Source: Candidatus Woesearchaeota archaeon (GTDB taxonomy: Archaea; Nanobdellota; Nanobdellia; Woesearchaeales; DSVV01). From it: a DNA stretch of 51,485 nucleotides. Below the pieces are notes generated by a model. It had not been told where the DNA came from. It made no database searches and was given only the letters and a program-made list of their open reading frames with translations. The position numbers were made by a program, and so were the translations under genes. The stretch covers positions 1 through 51,485 of the forward strand of contig JAGVYW010000042.1 of assembly GCA_018303075.1 (NCBI GenBank), given 5' to 3'. Below are positions 9,104 through 18,438 of the stretch, one piece after another (the first letter of the stretch is position 1; every line of letters starts with the position of its first letter).

Positions 9104-9715
9104 TCAAATTATTTTATTTTTATCTATCTGCTTCTCTACTCTTAACTTTTGTATATAATGGTAAATAGCAGAACATAATCGTAAAAGCCATTCTATCATA
9201 ACTGCAAATAACAGATATTTTATAGTCGATGGAAGCTCTTTGCTGAATAAAACTGCTGTTGATTTTATTGTTATAAATGTGATTGATGTTGGATTTAATA
9301 ATAATATTGAAATCAATGTTAATGGCAATAATTTTGCAAGATCCTCTGAGAATTTCTCACTGATGTAACTTGCAACCCTAATCACTGAAACAAGAACTAT
9401 ACTGAAAAAGAAAATATCTGCTATCTTATAATCTTTAGACAATATTGCCAAAGAAAATGCAAAGATTAAGAACCAAATAAAAGTAAACAATGGAAATAAG
9501 ATTAAATATTTGAGAGTATAAGAAAGCTTATATAATCTAATCTTTGATTTTGAAAAATAATCTGCAATCTCCAAGTGAAATAAATCTCTTTTTGATAAAG
9601 AGATGTACATAATCCATGTTATTAATGCTATGCTGAAAAATGTAAGAGTTGTATAAAGCAATGTTAAGTATTGCTTATCTACAAAAAAGGTCTTTAATGA
9701 AATTATGTCAATCAT
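9104..9715 (-). CDS. Hypothetical multi-pass membrane protein
   Basis: 203-aa ORF with about 5 hydrophobic segments. Confidence 0.75.
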   Translation of the reverse strand: MIDIISLKTFFVDKQYLTLLYTTLTFFSIALITWIMYISLSKRDLFHLEIADYFSKSKIRLYKLSYTLKYLILFPLFTFIWFLIFAFSLAILSKDYKIADIFFFSIVLVSVIRVASYISEKFSEDLAKLLPLTLISILLLNPTSITFITIKSTAVLFSKELPSTIKYLLFAVMIEWLLRLCSAIYHYIQKLRVEKQIDKNKII

Positions 9716-9767
9716 AAGCAGATTAGAAACACAATACTTTATATAAGTTTACTTATTCTAAGTGGTT

Positions 9768-11108
9768 ATGACAGTGAATAAGAAGAATCATGATGAAAAA
9801 TCAAAAGAAACAGCTGAAACAGTTACAGAAGGAGATTTAGTTAGAGTAGAGATACTAGGATTAGCGGCAACAGGAAAAGGAGTTGCTGCTATGAAAAAAG
9901 GAGAGTTTACTGCGCCAGTTTTTGTTGAATATAGCTGTCCAGGCGATGTTATTAATGCAAGAATAATCAAAAAAGAAAAAAAATATTATGAAGCTGAGAT
10001 TGCGAACTTCGTTCAGCAATCTCAGCAAAGAGTAATTGCGAAATGCAAGCATTATCAAATATGTGGTGCTTGCAACTTATTGCATATCAATTATGCTGCG
10101 CAGATTAGTGAAAAAGTAAAAATCCTGCGATTTCTGCTTGAGAAAAAAGAGATTGGTTTCTCTACAATCAAAACAATAATTGATGATAAACAATATAATT
10201 ATAAGGATAAAGCCAGATTTTATCTTAGAATAGATAATGGAAAATCATTATGCGGATTTATGAAACGAAAAAGCAATGAGATAGTTAAAGTTGAAGAGTG
10301 TCTTATTGTGAATAAAAAAATCCTTGCATTAATTCAGCTATTAAATATAACTGCTTTTGACAAACAAATCAATGATGCTGTTGAGATAAGCGCAGCAGAA
10401 GATATGATTGAACATAAACTTGTACTGCATTTTTCTTTGGAAAGCGGAAGTTATCTGCTTACCAATGCTTTTGAGCATTTTTTTGATGAGAATAAAGAAT
10501 TAATTAAAGGAGTGAATATTCAGGTTAAGAAAAAAACAAAGAGAATTGGTGATTATAGCTGTAAGTACAAATATAATAATATCACTTATTCTTTTCTTCC
10601 TGAAACATTCAGCCAAGGAAATTTTCAGACAAATCAGAAACTTGTTTCAGTTGTTTCTGAGCTATGTGGAAAAGGCAAAGAATTACTTGAGTTATATGCT
10701 GGATTTGGAAATTTCACACTGCAGCTTGCTAAGCATTTTGAGAGAATCACTGCAGTTGAAGGAGAATATAAAAGCGTGCATTTTGGATTGGAGAATATTG
10801 AATTAAACAAAATTAAAAATGTGAAATTTGTGAATAAAGATGTTGAGACTTTCTTAGAGAGTAAGTTTGGACAATCTAACTGCATATTACTAGATCCACC
10901 AAGAGACGGATGCAGCAGCTTTGTGCTGGATAAGATAAGCAAGCATACAGAACGGATTGTTTATGTGTCATGCAATCCTACTGCATTAGCAAGGGATTTG
11001 CTGCATCTTAATAAAAACAATTTTTTTGTGAGCGAGATTTATCTGGTTGATATGTTTGCACAGACCAATCATTTTGAGATTGTTGTGAAGATGGAGAAGA
11101 AGAAATAG
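9768..11108 (+). CDS. RlmD/TrmA-family RNA m5U methyltransferase (TRAM + Fe-S + SAM domains)
   Basis: N-terminal TRAM, CKHYQICGAC, FSQGN, LELYAGFGNF, LDPPRDG, YVSCNPTALARDL and DMFAQTNHFE motifs. Confidence 0.93.
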   Translation: MTVNKKNHDEKSKETAETVTEGDLVRVEILGLAATGKGVAAMKKGEFTAPVFVEYSCPGDVINARIIKKEKKYYEAEIANFVQQSQQRVIAKCKHYQICGACNLLHINYAAQISEKVKILRFLLEKKEIGFSTIKTIIDDKQYNYKDKARFYLRIDNGKSLCGFMKRKSNEIVKVEECLIVNKKILALIQLLNITAFDKQINDAVEISAAEDMIEHKLVLHFSLESGSYLLTNAFEHFFDENKELIKGVNIQVKKKTKRIGDYSCKYKYNNITYSFLPETFSQGNFQTNQKLVSVVSELCGKGKELLELYAGFGNFTLQLAKHFERITAVEGEYKSVHFGLENIELNKIKNVKFVNKDVETFLESKFGQSNCILLDPPRDGCSSFVLDKISKHTERIVYVSCNPTALARDLLHLNKNNFFVSEIYLVDMFAQTNHFEIVVKMEKKK

Positions 11109-11131
11109 AATATTGGCCAACAATCATATTT

Positions 11132-12448
11132 CTATTCAGGCATCACTTTATTTTTAGATAATTTAAATATAAATCTCTTTTGAACTTTCATTTTTTCAAA
11201 ATAACCTAGTTTTGTCAAATAAAGCAAATCATTTCTTGCAGTATCATAAGCAACACCATAAGTATTTATGATTTCATTAAGAACAAATGATTTATCTGGA
11301 TATTTTATAAATTCTTTCAAAATTTCAGCTTGTCTTAAATTAATATCTTTAATAGTTCTAATTAATCTAAGAGCATCAGATTGTTCTTTTTGTTTTCTTG
11401 TTATGTAATTCTCCATGTCGTGAAGTGCTTCTTCAATAGCAATCAGAATATAATCAATAAAATAAGTCAAATCATTTTCATCTGTTTCTGTGTATAGATA
11501 GGCTAAACCATATTTAGTTTTTGAACGTAGTATTATTCTAGAGATTGCCATATATTCAAACAACCAATATCCTTTTGAGAGTACATACCAATAAAAAATT
11601 GTTCTCGCAGTTCTTCCATTTCCATCTTCGAATGGATGGATGTAGCCAATCATGAAATGAAGCATAATGCCTTTAATTATTGGATGAATGAATTCCTCAG
11701 TCTCTGAATTAGCAAAAGCACATAATTCTTTAATTAATTCAGAAACCTCCTTGTAATCGGGAGGTTGATGATATATTCTTTCTGCTAATAATGGATCTCC
11801 AACTACAACTTCATTATTATCTCTAAATCTGCCTTCATATTTTTTATCTTTTAATGTGTCTTCAGTTATTTCACGATGAAGTTCTAAAATCATGTCTGGT
11901 GTAATGATCTTTTCTTTCATTGACACTATCTTCTGAATGGTCTTATATCCATTTACAATCATGTGTTCAGAATAGTTTTGGGGTTTCTTCTTGAAACGAA
12001 GCAATTCTTTAGCAACTTTTCGAGTTGTTGCAGCACCTTCTAATTGACTTGATGCAATGGCTTCTTCCATTAAAGAACTAATTATATGCCTTTCTCTTCC
12101 ACCAATGTTTATAGAATCTAAACTTGAATCTAATCTTCCAGCAGCACCTTTATCTAATATATGCAACTTTTTTTGAAACTCATCTAATAAAACATATTGA
12201 AATCCCCACTTACCAAATTTCAACATTCGATATTGACTAGCTCTAAATAATTTCATCAACACCCAAACATATTCTGGTTTTGAATCTCTAGGAATTTTTT
12301 TATATATTAATTCATCCCAATGAACATAATCTTTATTGCATTTTGCAACAAACTTCATAACTTCCTCATCTTTTAGAAGTTTAAGTACTTCAGAGGATTC
12401 TTTCTTCATAATCTCGTTTACATTTTTTGGTTTTTGTGGGATACGCAT
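11132..12448 (-). CDS. Fic family protein with C-terminal wHTH
   Basis: Canonical HPFEDGNGRTAR motif, SSQLEG inhibitory motif, C-terminal YGVAYDTARNDLLYL HTH. Confidence 0.93.
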   Translation of the reverse strand: MRIPQKPKNVNEIMKKESSEVLKLLKDEEVMKFVAKCNKDYVHWDELIYKKIPRDSKPEYVWVLMKLFRASQYRMLKFGKWGFQYVLLDEFQKKLHILDKGAAGRLDSSLDSINIGGRERHIISSLMEEAIASSQLEGAATTRKVAKELLRFKKKPQNYSEHMIVNGYKTIQKIVSMKEKIITPDMILELHREITEDTLKDKKYEGRFRDNNEVVVGDPLLAERIYHQPPDYKEVSELIKELCAFANSETEEFIHPIIKGIMLHFMIGYIHPFEDGNGRTARTIFYWYVLSKGYWLFEYMAISRIILRSKTKYGLAYLYTETDENDLTYFIDYILIAIEEALHDMENYITRKQKEQSDALRLIRTIKDINLRQAEILKEFIKYPDKSFVLNEIINTYGVAYDTARNDLLYLTKLGYFEKMKVQKRFIFKLSKNKVMPE

Positions 12449-12454
12449 CGTAAT

Positions 12455-12535
12455 TACCAATTCGTTAGATGTTGGTAGATATTGGTAGGAAGAAGTAGTT
12501 TATAAAGCTTTCTACCAAATTGGTAGATATTGGTA
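12455..12535 (-). promoter_or_regulatory. Fic promoter: TTTATAAA box flanked by six TTGGTA/TACCAA sites
   Basis: TTGGTA at 12472, 12482, 12520, 12530. TACCAA at 12455, 12513. TATA at 12499-12506. Confidence 0.6.
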
Positions 12536-12565
12536 ATTAGATTTAAATCTGATTGTATTGCTTGT

Positions 12566-13312
12566 CTAATCATTCTCCACTCTTGGCGCTAGAATAAATG
12601 TGATCATTACTTTGTCTATTGCTTTATACTCAAGCTTAAGCGGATAATCCTTGTTGAATTGTATCTTTACATTTGGTGCTATCTTGCTGCCTTCAATCAT
12701 CTTTTTGAGATATTCAATAGAATATTTTGCCTTGATCCTGTCCTTTGTTTCTGTGATAATCTTGATCTCTTCAGACTCTTCAATCGCAATTGTTGCTTCT
12801 GTTAAATCTCCCTCTGCAGACACAATGAACTTGCCATTGTCAACTGCAAATGAAACAGATTCACCAACAATATCAACATCACCAATTGCATCGTTTAATA
12901 CATCAGATGGAACTGCGATAATTATAGGAAATTGCAAGTCTGGAATTCTTTGTTCTTTTTCTTCTAAGTCAATGATTGGCAGTGAAAAAGTTCTTTTTGT
13001 GTTTCCTGTCAATGTTATCTGGAGCTTGTTTTTTGCAGTAAGTTCCAGTGAAAGAACATCATTTGGTTTTACCCTTTTCATGATCTGCTTGAAATTGTTC
13101 AAATTAATTGCGATCTCAACATCTTTTTCCAGTTGATACTCGACAAATGCACTTGAGAGAAGCTTAAAGATAACCATTGCAACATTTGCAGGATCCATTG
13201 CAATCAATTCAATTGCATTTGATGTTATTTTAAATCTAGCTTCTGTAACTAATTCAGAAATAATAGAAATACTGTCTTTGATATACTTTGGTTCTGCTAA
13301 TGTTAATTTCAT
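12566..13312 (-). CDS. pcn: PCNA DNA polymerase sliding clamp
   Basis: AMDPANVAMV, KYSIEYLKKM, DYPLKLEY and FILAPRVE motifs, 248 aa. Confidence 0.97.
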   Translation of the reverse strand: MKLTLAEPKYIKDSISIISELVTEARFKITSNAIELIAMDPANVAMVIFKLLSSAFVEYQLEKDVEIAINLNNFKQIMKRVKPNDVLSLELTAKNKLQITLTGNTKRTFSLPIIDLEEKEQRIPDLQFPIIIAVPSDVLNDAIGDVDIVGESVSFAVDNGKFIVSAEGDLTEATIAIEESEEIKIITETKDRIKAKYSIEYLKKMIEGSKIAPNVKIQFNKDYPLKLEYKAIDKVMITFILAPRVEND

Positions 13313-13379
13313 AAAAATCCTCCTTTGAATTGTTTCTTACTTAAAGAGTGAAAACTATTTTGTTTATAAAAGCTTCGAT

Positions 13380-13416
13380 TAAAATTTTGTATTTTTTATA
13401 AAAATACAAAATTTTA
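13380..13416. promoter_or_regulatory. 17-bp inverted repeat containing TTGTATTTTT-N3-AAAAATACAA
   Basis: TAAAATTTTGTATTTTT-tat-AAAAATACAAAATTTTA between rnj and pcn. Confidence 0.6.
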
Positions 13417-13463
13417 TGATAAGAAAGTAATGAAAAGGAAAAAATAATATTTCGTTCAATTAG

Positions 13464-14789
13464 TTATTTCAATTCTAACATCGAACCATCTCCCATCTGA
13501 TATAGATTAATACCTTGAATATAACCCATCTCCACAGCTAATGTTACCAAACCATCTGATAAAGATTTATTGCAATGGGAAGGAATGATGTTTTTTGGAT
13601 TAGTAAAGAGAATTAAATCTCGAATGTCTTCTTTTCCAGCATGGCCTGAGACGTGAATATCTTTAAAAATTCTGATATTCTTTTTTTGCAATAATGCTTC
13701 GAGCAATTCTCTGTTCTTCTTGTTCTCTGGTGTTGGAATCACTGTTGATGAGAATATAACAGCATCATTTGGCTGGAACTTGAATGCATAGGTGTCATTA
13801 GCAATCTTGCTTAATACTGACTTTGGCTCTCCTTGATGACCTGTGACAACCAGCAGATATTTTTCTTTATTACCTTCAACCAGCTTTAATGCTTTCTGCA
13901 CTTCATTAGGATATTTTGCCTGTTTAATATTCTTCGAGAATTCAACAAGTTTAATTAACTCTGCTGCTTCTACATATTTTGCCAATGAACGTCCTAAGAA
14001 AATTACTTTTCTGTTCATTTTTTTAGCAAGTTCTACTATTGTTTTTAATCGTGCAATATGAGAAGAAAATGTTGTTACAATAATTGCATTATTCTCTAAG
14101 TGAGAACCCTCTAAAATATCAGTAAGCATTTGTTTTGCAATTTGTTCTGATGGTGTTTTTTTTAGGTCTAAGCAACGAGTAGAATCACAGAATAATAATT
14201 TGATGTCTTTTAATGCCTGCAATTTCTTGACATCTGTTTTTTTACCTAACACAGGATATTGGTCAAATTTGAAATCATTTGTATACATCACTTGCCCTTC
14301 TGGTGTATGCAAGATTACGAAAACAGATTGCGGTGTTGAGTGAGTAACTGCAATGAATTCAATTGTAATGTTGTCATCAATCTTGTACTTTGTATTCGGC
14401 GATAGAGATTTTATTGTATTTGGCAGCTTGATTTTTTCATCTGTTAGAATTGCTTCAAGCACTGCTTTTGTAAATGGTGTACAGATGATTTCTGCATCAT
14501 AATTCTTTGCTAGAAAAGGTATTGCACCAATATGATCAAGATGAGCATGCGTTGGAATAATTGCTTTAACTTCATCTTTCCAATATTCTATTACCTTGTC
14601 ATTAGGGATGGCGCCTTGATAGATTAATTCCTGCAATGGAAATTTGTGGATATCGTCTTCATCAGCTAATTTGATGTAATTGCTTAAGTGAATGCCCATA
14701 TCTAAAATAACAGCAGTATCATTTACTTTTATTGCAGTCATGTTTCTTCCTATGTCTGAAAATCCTCCAACTGTGCAAATTTGAATCAT
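13464..14789 (-). CDS. rnj: Archaeal RNase J (beta-CASP metallo-beta-lactamase)
   Basis: GGFSDIGRNMT, THAHLDHIGA, THSTP, DFKFD, GHQGEP, HVSGHA and IPSH motifs. Confidence 0.95.
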   Translation of the reverse strand: MIQICTVGGFSDIGRNMTAIKVNDTAVILDMGIHLSNYIKLADEDDIHKFPLQELIYQGAIPNDKVIEYWKDEVKAIIPTHAHLDHIGAIPFLAKNYDAEIICTPFTKAVLEAILTDEKIKLPNTIKSLSPNTKYKIDDNITIEFIAVTHSTPQSVFVILHTPEGQVMYTNDFKFDQYPVLGKKTDVKKLQALKDIKLLFCDSTRCLDLKKTPSEQIAKQMLTDILEGSHLENNAIIVTTFSSHIARLKTIVELAKKMNRKVIFLGRSLAKYVEAAELIKLVEFSKNIKQAKYPNEVQKALKLVEGNKEKYLLVVTGHQGEPKSVLSKIANDTYAFKFQPNDAVIFSSTVIPTPENKKNRELLEALLQKKNIRIFKDIHVSGHAGKEDIRDLILFTNPKNIIPSHCNKSLSDGLVTLAVEMGYIQGINLYQMGDGSMLELK

Positions 14790-14803
14790 AATATCAATTC
14801 TCT

Positions 14804-15136
14804 TTAACCTACAATTACCTGAAATCTTTTTTTATCAAGAGGTTCAATAATAACTTGCTGGCCTTTTTTAATGTTTAAAAATTCAATAATCACTTTTGGA
14901 ATCTTTACATCTAAGGAATTTCCTGAAGTACCTATTGTTGTTTTTGCTGCAATACCCCATACACCTTGCTGCTTTGCCTTCTTTTCAATTTCTACCATTG
15001 TTTTTCCATCAAATATCGTTTCACCGCAATTTGCGCATACAAAAGCATCAAACTTTCCAAGATTAACACCAAGCACTTCATAATCTACTTTCTTTTTCTC
15101 TACTATACCTTTATTGCATTCATCACATTTTTCCAT
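14804..15136 (-). CDS. YgiT/MqsA-type zinc ribbon fused to AbrB-type DNA-binding domain (antitoxin-like)
   Basis: CDEC...CANCGE followed by IGTSGNSLDVKIPK...IKKGQQVIIEP. GGTGA SD. Confidence 0.8.
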   Translation of the reverse strand: MEKCDECNKGIVEKKKVDYEVLGVNLGKFDAFVCANCGETIFDGKTMVEIEKKAKQQGVWGIAAKTTIGTSGNSLDVKIPKVIIEFLNIKKGQQVIIEPLDKKRFQVIVG

Positions 15137-15146
15137 GAGTATCACC

Positions 15147-15368
15147 TTATTTGTTTGTAAATACTGTTTTTATTTTATATTTCTCTCCAATTTTTTTATA
15201 AGCTATTGAAAAATAGGAATAAACACATAAATACCCATCTGTTTGTTGGAATCTTGAACCTTGTTCAAGCACTCTACTGATCTGAGCTACTGATATTCCT
15301 TCAACAACCATCTTGTTTGCTGCATGAGTTGTTATCCATAAATCTTCTTCATGAATCAAGTAGAACAC
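15147..15368 (-). CDS. DUF4258-like (RelE/BrnT-fold) putative toxin
   Basis: ITTHAANKMVVEGIS..QI..VL..G and terminal IKTVF. Upstream of the Zn-ribbon antitoxin. Confidence 0.7.
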   Translation of the reverse strand: MFYLIHEEDLWITTHAANKMVVEGISVAQISRVLEQGSRFQQTDGYLCVYSYFSIAYKKIGEKYKIKTVFTNK

Positions 15369-15463
15369 CTTAGTATAAGTACGAACAAGTACTATTTAAA
15401 TTTATCTAGTTATTTTAGCATTTCAACAAATTTATAAATAATTCTCAACTTTTGCTAAATTGC

Positions 15464-15547
15464 GCGGAGATTCCAGAGCGGTCAAATGGAAACGCCTCAA
15501 GAGCGTTTGGCTTAGTGCCTTCGCAGGTTCGATTCCTGCTCTCCGCA
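15464..15547 (+). tRNA. tRNA-Leu(CAA), no intron, CCA not encoded
   Basis: Acceptor GCGGAGA/TCTCCGC, anticodon arm AACGC-CTCAAGA-GCGTT, long variable arm, T arm GCAGG-TTCGATT-CCTGC. TTTATAAA box at 15431. Confidence 0.97.
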
Positions 15548-15584
15548 TTTTTTACTTGTTCGTTTCACTCACAATGTAAAAAAT
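15547..15584. repeat. Hairpin with TC-GT-TTC-AC-TC core directly after tRNA
   Basis: ATTTTTTACTTGT-TCGTTTCACTC-ACAA(t)GTAAAAAAT. Confidence 0.85.
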
Positions 15585-15604
15585 TAATTAGAATAACTTA
15601 GAAT

Positions 15605-15967
15605 CTAAAATCCTCTCAACCTATCTTCAATTTCACCAATTGCTTTCTGCAAGTCTTTTAATTGGTTCATGTAATTTGGATTCATCTGCGATGCAGAATT
15701 TGAAGAAGATGATTGCTGCTGTGCTGTTGCCTGCTTTTCAATCCTTACTCTTGGAAGCGCGTGCTTTAACTGCGTATTCATTGTATTTATCTCCTTGAGA
15801 AGCAGTTTGACATTGTCTAGTGTTTGCTTTTTCTGCAATCGTAATGTCTTAATCTTTTCTGTTCGTTTTAATAAGAGAATTAAATCGTTTGATGTTGTCA
15901 ATACATCTTCTCGAATCTCCAATGGTCTTTTTACATTGATAAAATAATCAACAACATCTCTTGGCAT
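15605..15967 (-). CDS. Hypothetical coiled-coil protein
   Basis: Start MPRD after GAGGT SD. YFINV strand followed by long helices. Confidence 0.75.
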   Translation of the reverse strand: MPRDVVDYFINVKRPLEIREDVLTTSNDLILLLKRTEKIKTLRLQKKQTLDNVKLLLKEINTMNTQLKHALPRVRIEKQATAQQQSSSSNSASQMNPNYMNQLKDLQKAIGEIEDRLRGF

Positions 15968-15971
15968 TGTC

Positions 15972-16211
15972 CTAACCTCTGCCTGACTCAAATAATGTCT
16001 TGTTAATATCAGAAATCTTTGATTCGATATCTTTCAAAGTTTTATCCCAGATATCAAGCTCAGCATCTTCCTCTGCTTTCATGTCATTGAGTTTGTTTAA
16101 CAAATCTTTTGCATCATCAACTTTGTTTTTCATCTTTGTCAAGATAGTAAGAACTTCCTTGTACTCTTCTAATCTTATAAACATTGCATTGTCATTTGTT
16201 TGCGGCTGCAT
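15972..16211 (-). CDS. Hypothetical coiled-coil protein
   Basis: Start MQPQ after GAGTGA SD. MFIRLEEY then helical hairpin ending WDKTL...NKTLF. Confidence 0.8.
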   Translation of the reverse strand: MQPQTNDNAMFIRLEEYKEVLTILTKMKNKVDDAKDLLNKLNDMKAEEDAELDIWDKTLKDIESKISDINKTLFESGRG

Positions 16212-16318
16212 AGTATCACTCTTTTTAATAGAATTTTGTGGTAATTGCTCTGCAATTAATTTACCCGCAAAATTCTCTAATCTTGGCAATCCGGACAAGC
16301 GATATTTGGTAAATTAAT

Positions 16319-16774
16319 TTAACTGTACCTGAATAATGCTTTATCCAAATCTACCATATCTTCCTGCAAATGGTCTAATGTTCTTTGCCATTGTATATAA
16401 CACTGATCCATATCAGCATATAATTGAAAAAACCTGTAAATTGTATCACCTGCAATTGTAACATCATTGTATAATGTTTCTACATTATTCATTGCTCTTT
16501 TCACTTGCATTAATGAAACAAACATTGGCTTGTTTGGCAATCTTTGCATTGGCTGCTGTATAAACACCCTTATATCTGGAAAAGTCATTGAATGAACATC
16601 CATCTGCTGTGAAGTACTTTTCTGTATTGATTGCATCGATTGCTGCGATTGTAATGAAGGAATAGGCGGAAGATCTAAGTCTAAAGGTATAACTGGATTT
16701 GTCTGCATCTGCATTGGAGGAGGTGTATCTAATATAGAAGTATCTTTCTTCTTAAAAACTGATAATATTCCCAT
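16319..16774 (-). CDS. Hypothetical protein: Pro/Gln-rich N-terminus + coiled-coil paralogous to downstream gene
   Basis: PMFVSL...WQRTL...DKALF parallels MFIRL...WDKTL...NKTLF. Confidence 0.75.
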   Translation of the reverse strand: MGILSVFKKKDTSILDTPPPMQMQTNPVIPLDLDLPPIPSLQSQQSMQSIQKSTSQQMDVHSMTFPDIRVFIQQPMQRLPNKPMFVSLMQVKRAMNNVETLYNDVTIAGDTIYRFFQLYADMDQCYIQWQRTLDHLQEDMVDLDKALFRYS

Positions 16775-16833
16775 TATGTTACCCCCAATTGTTTTATTCT
16801 TGTAATAGAGAGTATTAAAACTTTTTGTACTAC

Positions 16834-16907
16834 TAAAAAGTTGTATTTTTTGAAAAAATACAATTTTTAAATAACAAACTATTTAAATAAAGTATAAGTT
16901 ATACTTT
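16834..16907. promoter_or_regulatory. Divergent promoter region with two palindromes flanking the carA TATA box
   Basis: TTGTATTTTT-tga-AAAAATACAA (16841-16863), TTTAAATA (16882-16889), AAAGTATAA-g-TTATACTTT (16889-16907). Confidence 0.55.
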
Positions 16908-16915
16908 TTTTTGAT

Positions 16916-18082
16916 ATGTTTAAATCTGAAAAATCTGCAAAGCTGGTATTGGAGGATGGTTCAGAATTCTTTGGTATTTCTTTTGGAGCAGATGTAAGCA
17001 AAGCTGGAGAGGTTGTATTTAATACAGGTATGGTCGGATATCCAGAAACATTAACTGATCCAAGCTATAGAGGACAGATCCTTATTCTGACTTATCCACT
17101 TATAGGAAATTATGGCATCCCTTTTGATAAAATGCTAGACAAATTATTAATTGATTTTGAGTCTGCTGAGATTCATGTACAAGGTTTGGTAATAGCAGAC
17201 TATGCTATGCAGTATAATCATTGGAATAGTGTCAAATCACTTGGAGAATGGCTGCAATTACATAATATTCCTGCATTGTGTGATATTGATACTAGAGCAT
17301 TAACTAAAAAGATACGAGAAAAAGGAGTAATGCTTGGCAAGATTGTTGTAAATAATAATGATATACCTTTTGATGATCCTAATAAAAGAAATCTTGCTGC
17401 TGAAGTAAGCTGTAAAGAAGTAATTGAATATTCAAAAAATAATGTAAATAATGAAGCTAATGAAATTATAAATACAAATAAGAAAAAAATTCTGCTTGTC
17501 GATTGCGGTGTGAAAAATAATATTATCAGAAATCTTGTGGCCAGAAATCTGCATGTTATTCGAGTGCCATTGGATTATGATTTTTTAAAAGAAGAGTTTG
17601 ATGCTGTATTCTTAACAAACGGACCAGGAGATCCAAAGATGTGCGATATTACAATCAAGAATGTGAAAAAAGCACTGCAGCAGGATATAACTACATTTGG
17701 AATATGTTTAGGAAATCAACTGCTTGCATTAGCTGCAGGAGCAAATACTTACAAACTTAAATATGGTCATAGAGGACAAAATCAACCTTGCAATCTGATT
17801 GGAAGCAAGCGATGTTTTATTACTTCACAGAATCATGGCTTTGCTGTTGATGACGCAACATTGCCAGAAGGATGGAAAGCTTGGTTTGTAAATGCAAATG
17901 ACGGCAGCAATGAAGGAATTATTCATGATTCTGGATTGTTTAAATCAGTACAGTTTCATCCTGAAGCAGCACCTGGACCAACAGATACACAATTTTTATT
18001 TGATGAATTTTGTCAGATACTACAAGAGAAAAGAATTCAACCAGAAATCCTGCAGAAATTTGACAGAAATAGAGGTGATTAG
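16916..18082 (+). CDS. carA: Carbamoyl-phosphate synthase small subunit
   Basis: GEVVFNTGMVGYPETLTDPSY, NGPGDP, GICLGNQ, SQNHGFAV and QFHPEAAPGP motifs. Confidence 0.97.
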   Translation: MFKSEKSAKLVLEDGSEFFGISFGADVSKAGEVVFNTGMVGYPETLTDPSYRGQILILTYPLIGNYGIPFDKMLDKLLIDFESAEIHVQGLVIADYAMQYNHWNSVKSLGEWLQLHNIPALCDIDTRALTKKIREKGVMLGKIVVNNNDIPFDDPNKRNLAAEVSCKEVIEYSKNNVNNEANEIINTNKKKILLVDCGVKNNIIRNLVARNLHVIRVPLDYDFLKEEFDAVFLTNGPGDPKMCDITIKNVKKALQQDITTFGICLGNQLLALAAGANTYKLKYGHRGQNQPCNLIGSKRCFITSQNHGFAVDDATLPEGWKAWFVNANDGSNEGIIHDSGLFKSVQFHPEAAPGPTDTQFLFDEFCQILQEKRIQPEILQKFDRNRGD

Positions 18083-18412
18083 ATGGATGCACCAGAAATA
18101 GATAAAACTGAATACCTTGATGTTGTTGATAATAATGATAAAGTTCTGTATCAGGAAAAAAGAACAGTCATTGACGAGAAAAAGTTATTACATCGATCAG
18201 TATTGTGTTTTGTTATGAACTCAAATAAAAAAATATTTGTGCATGTGAAACATGATGGAAAGATGAAACTGCAGAAAGAAGAAATTATTGACGGCAGATT
18301 TATGAGTATTGCAGAAATCGATGCAATGATTGCAAAAGGAGAGAAGTTTTGTCCTGATGAATTACAAATTTTTGAAAAATTTAAGATGATGATAAAAGAA
18401 GGAAAGGTATAA
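18083..18412 (+). pseudogene. Nudix hydrolase (IDI/YfcD-like) lacking the Nudix box through probable in-frame deletion
   Basis: EYLDVVDNND...LLHRSVLCFVMNS..KIFVH joins directly to DGKMKLQKEEI...F.P. No G-x5-E-x7-REUxEE. Confidence 0.7.
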
Positions 18413-18438
18413 AGAAGTATTGAGAATAAGTGAACACT

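Noticed and set aside
4516-15584. Bulged hairpins as integron attC sites
   Set aside because: No consistent RYYYAAC/GTTRRRY ends, too short, no cassette array and no integrase.
15464-15600. tRNA-Leu as the attachment site of an integrated element
   Set aside because: No duplicated tRNA 3' end and no integrase were seen in the window.
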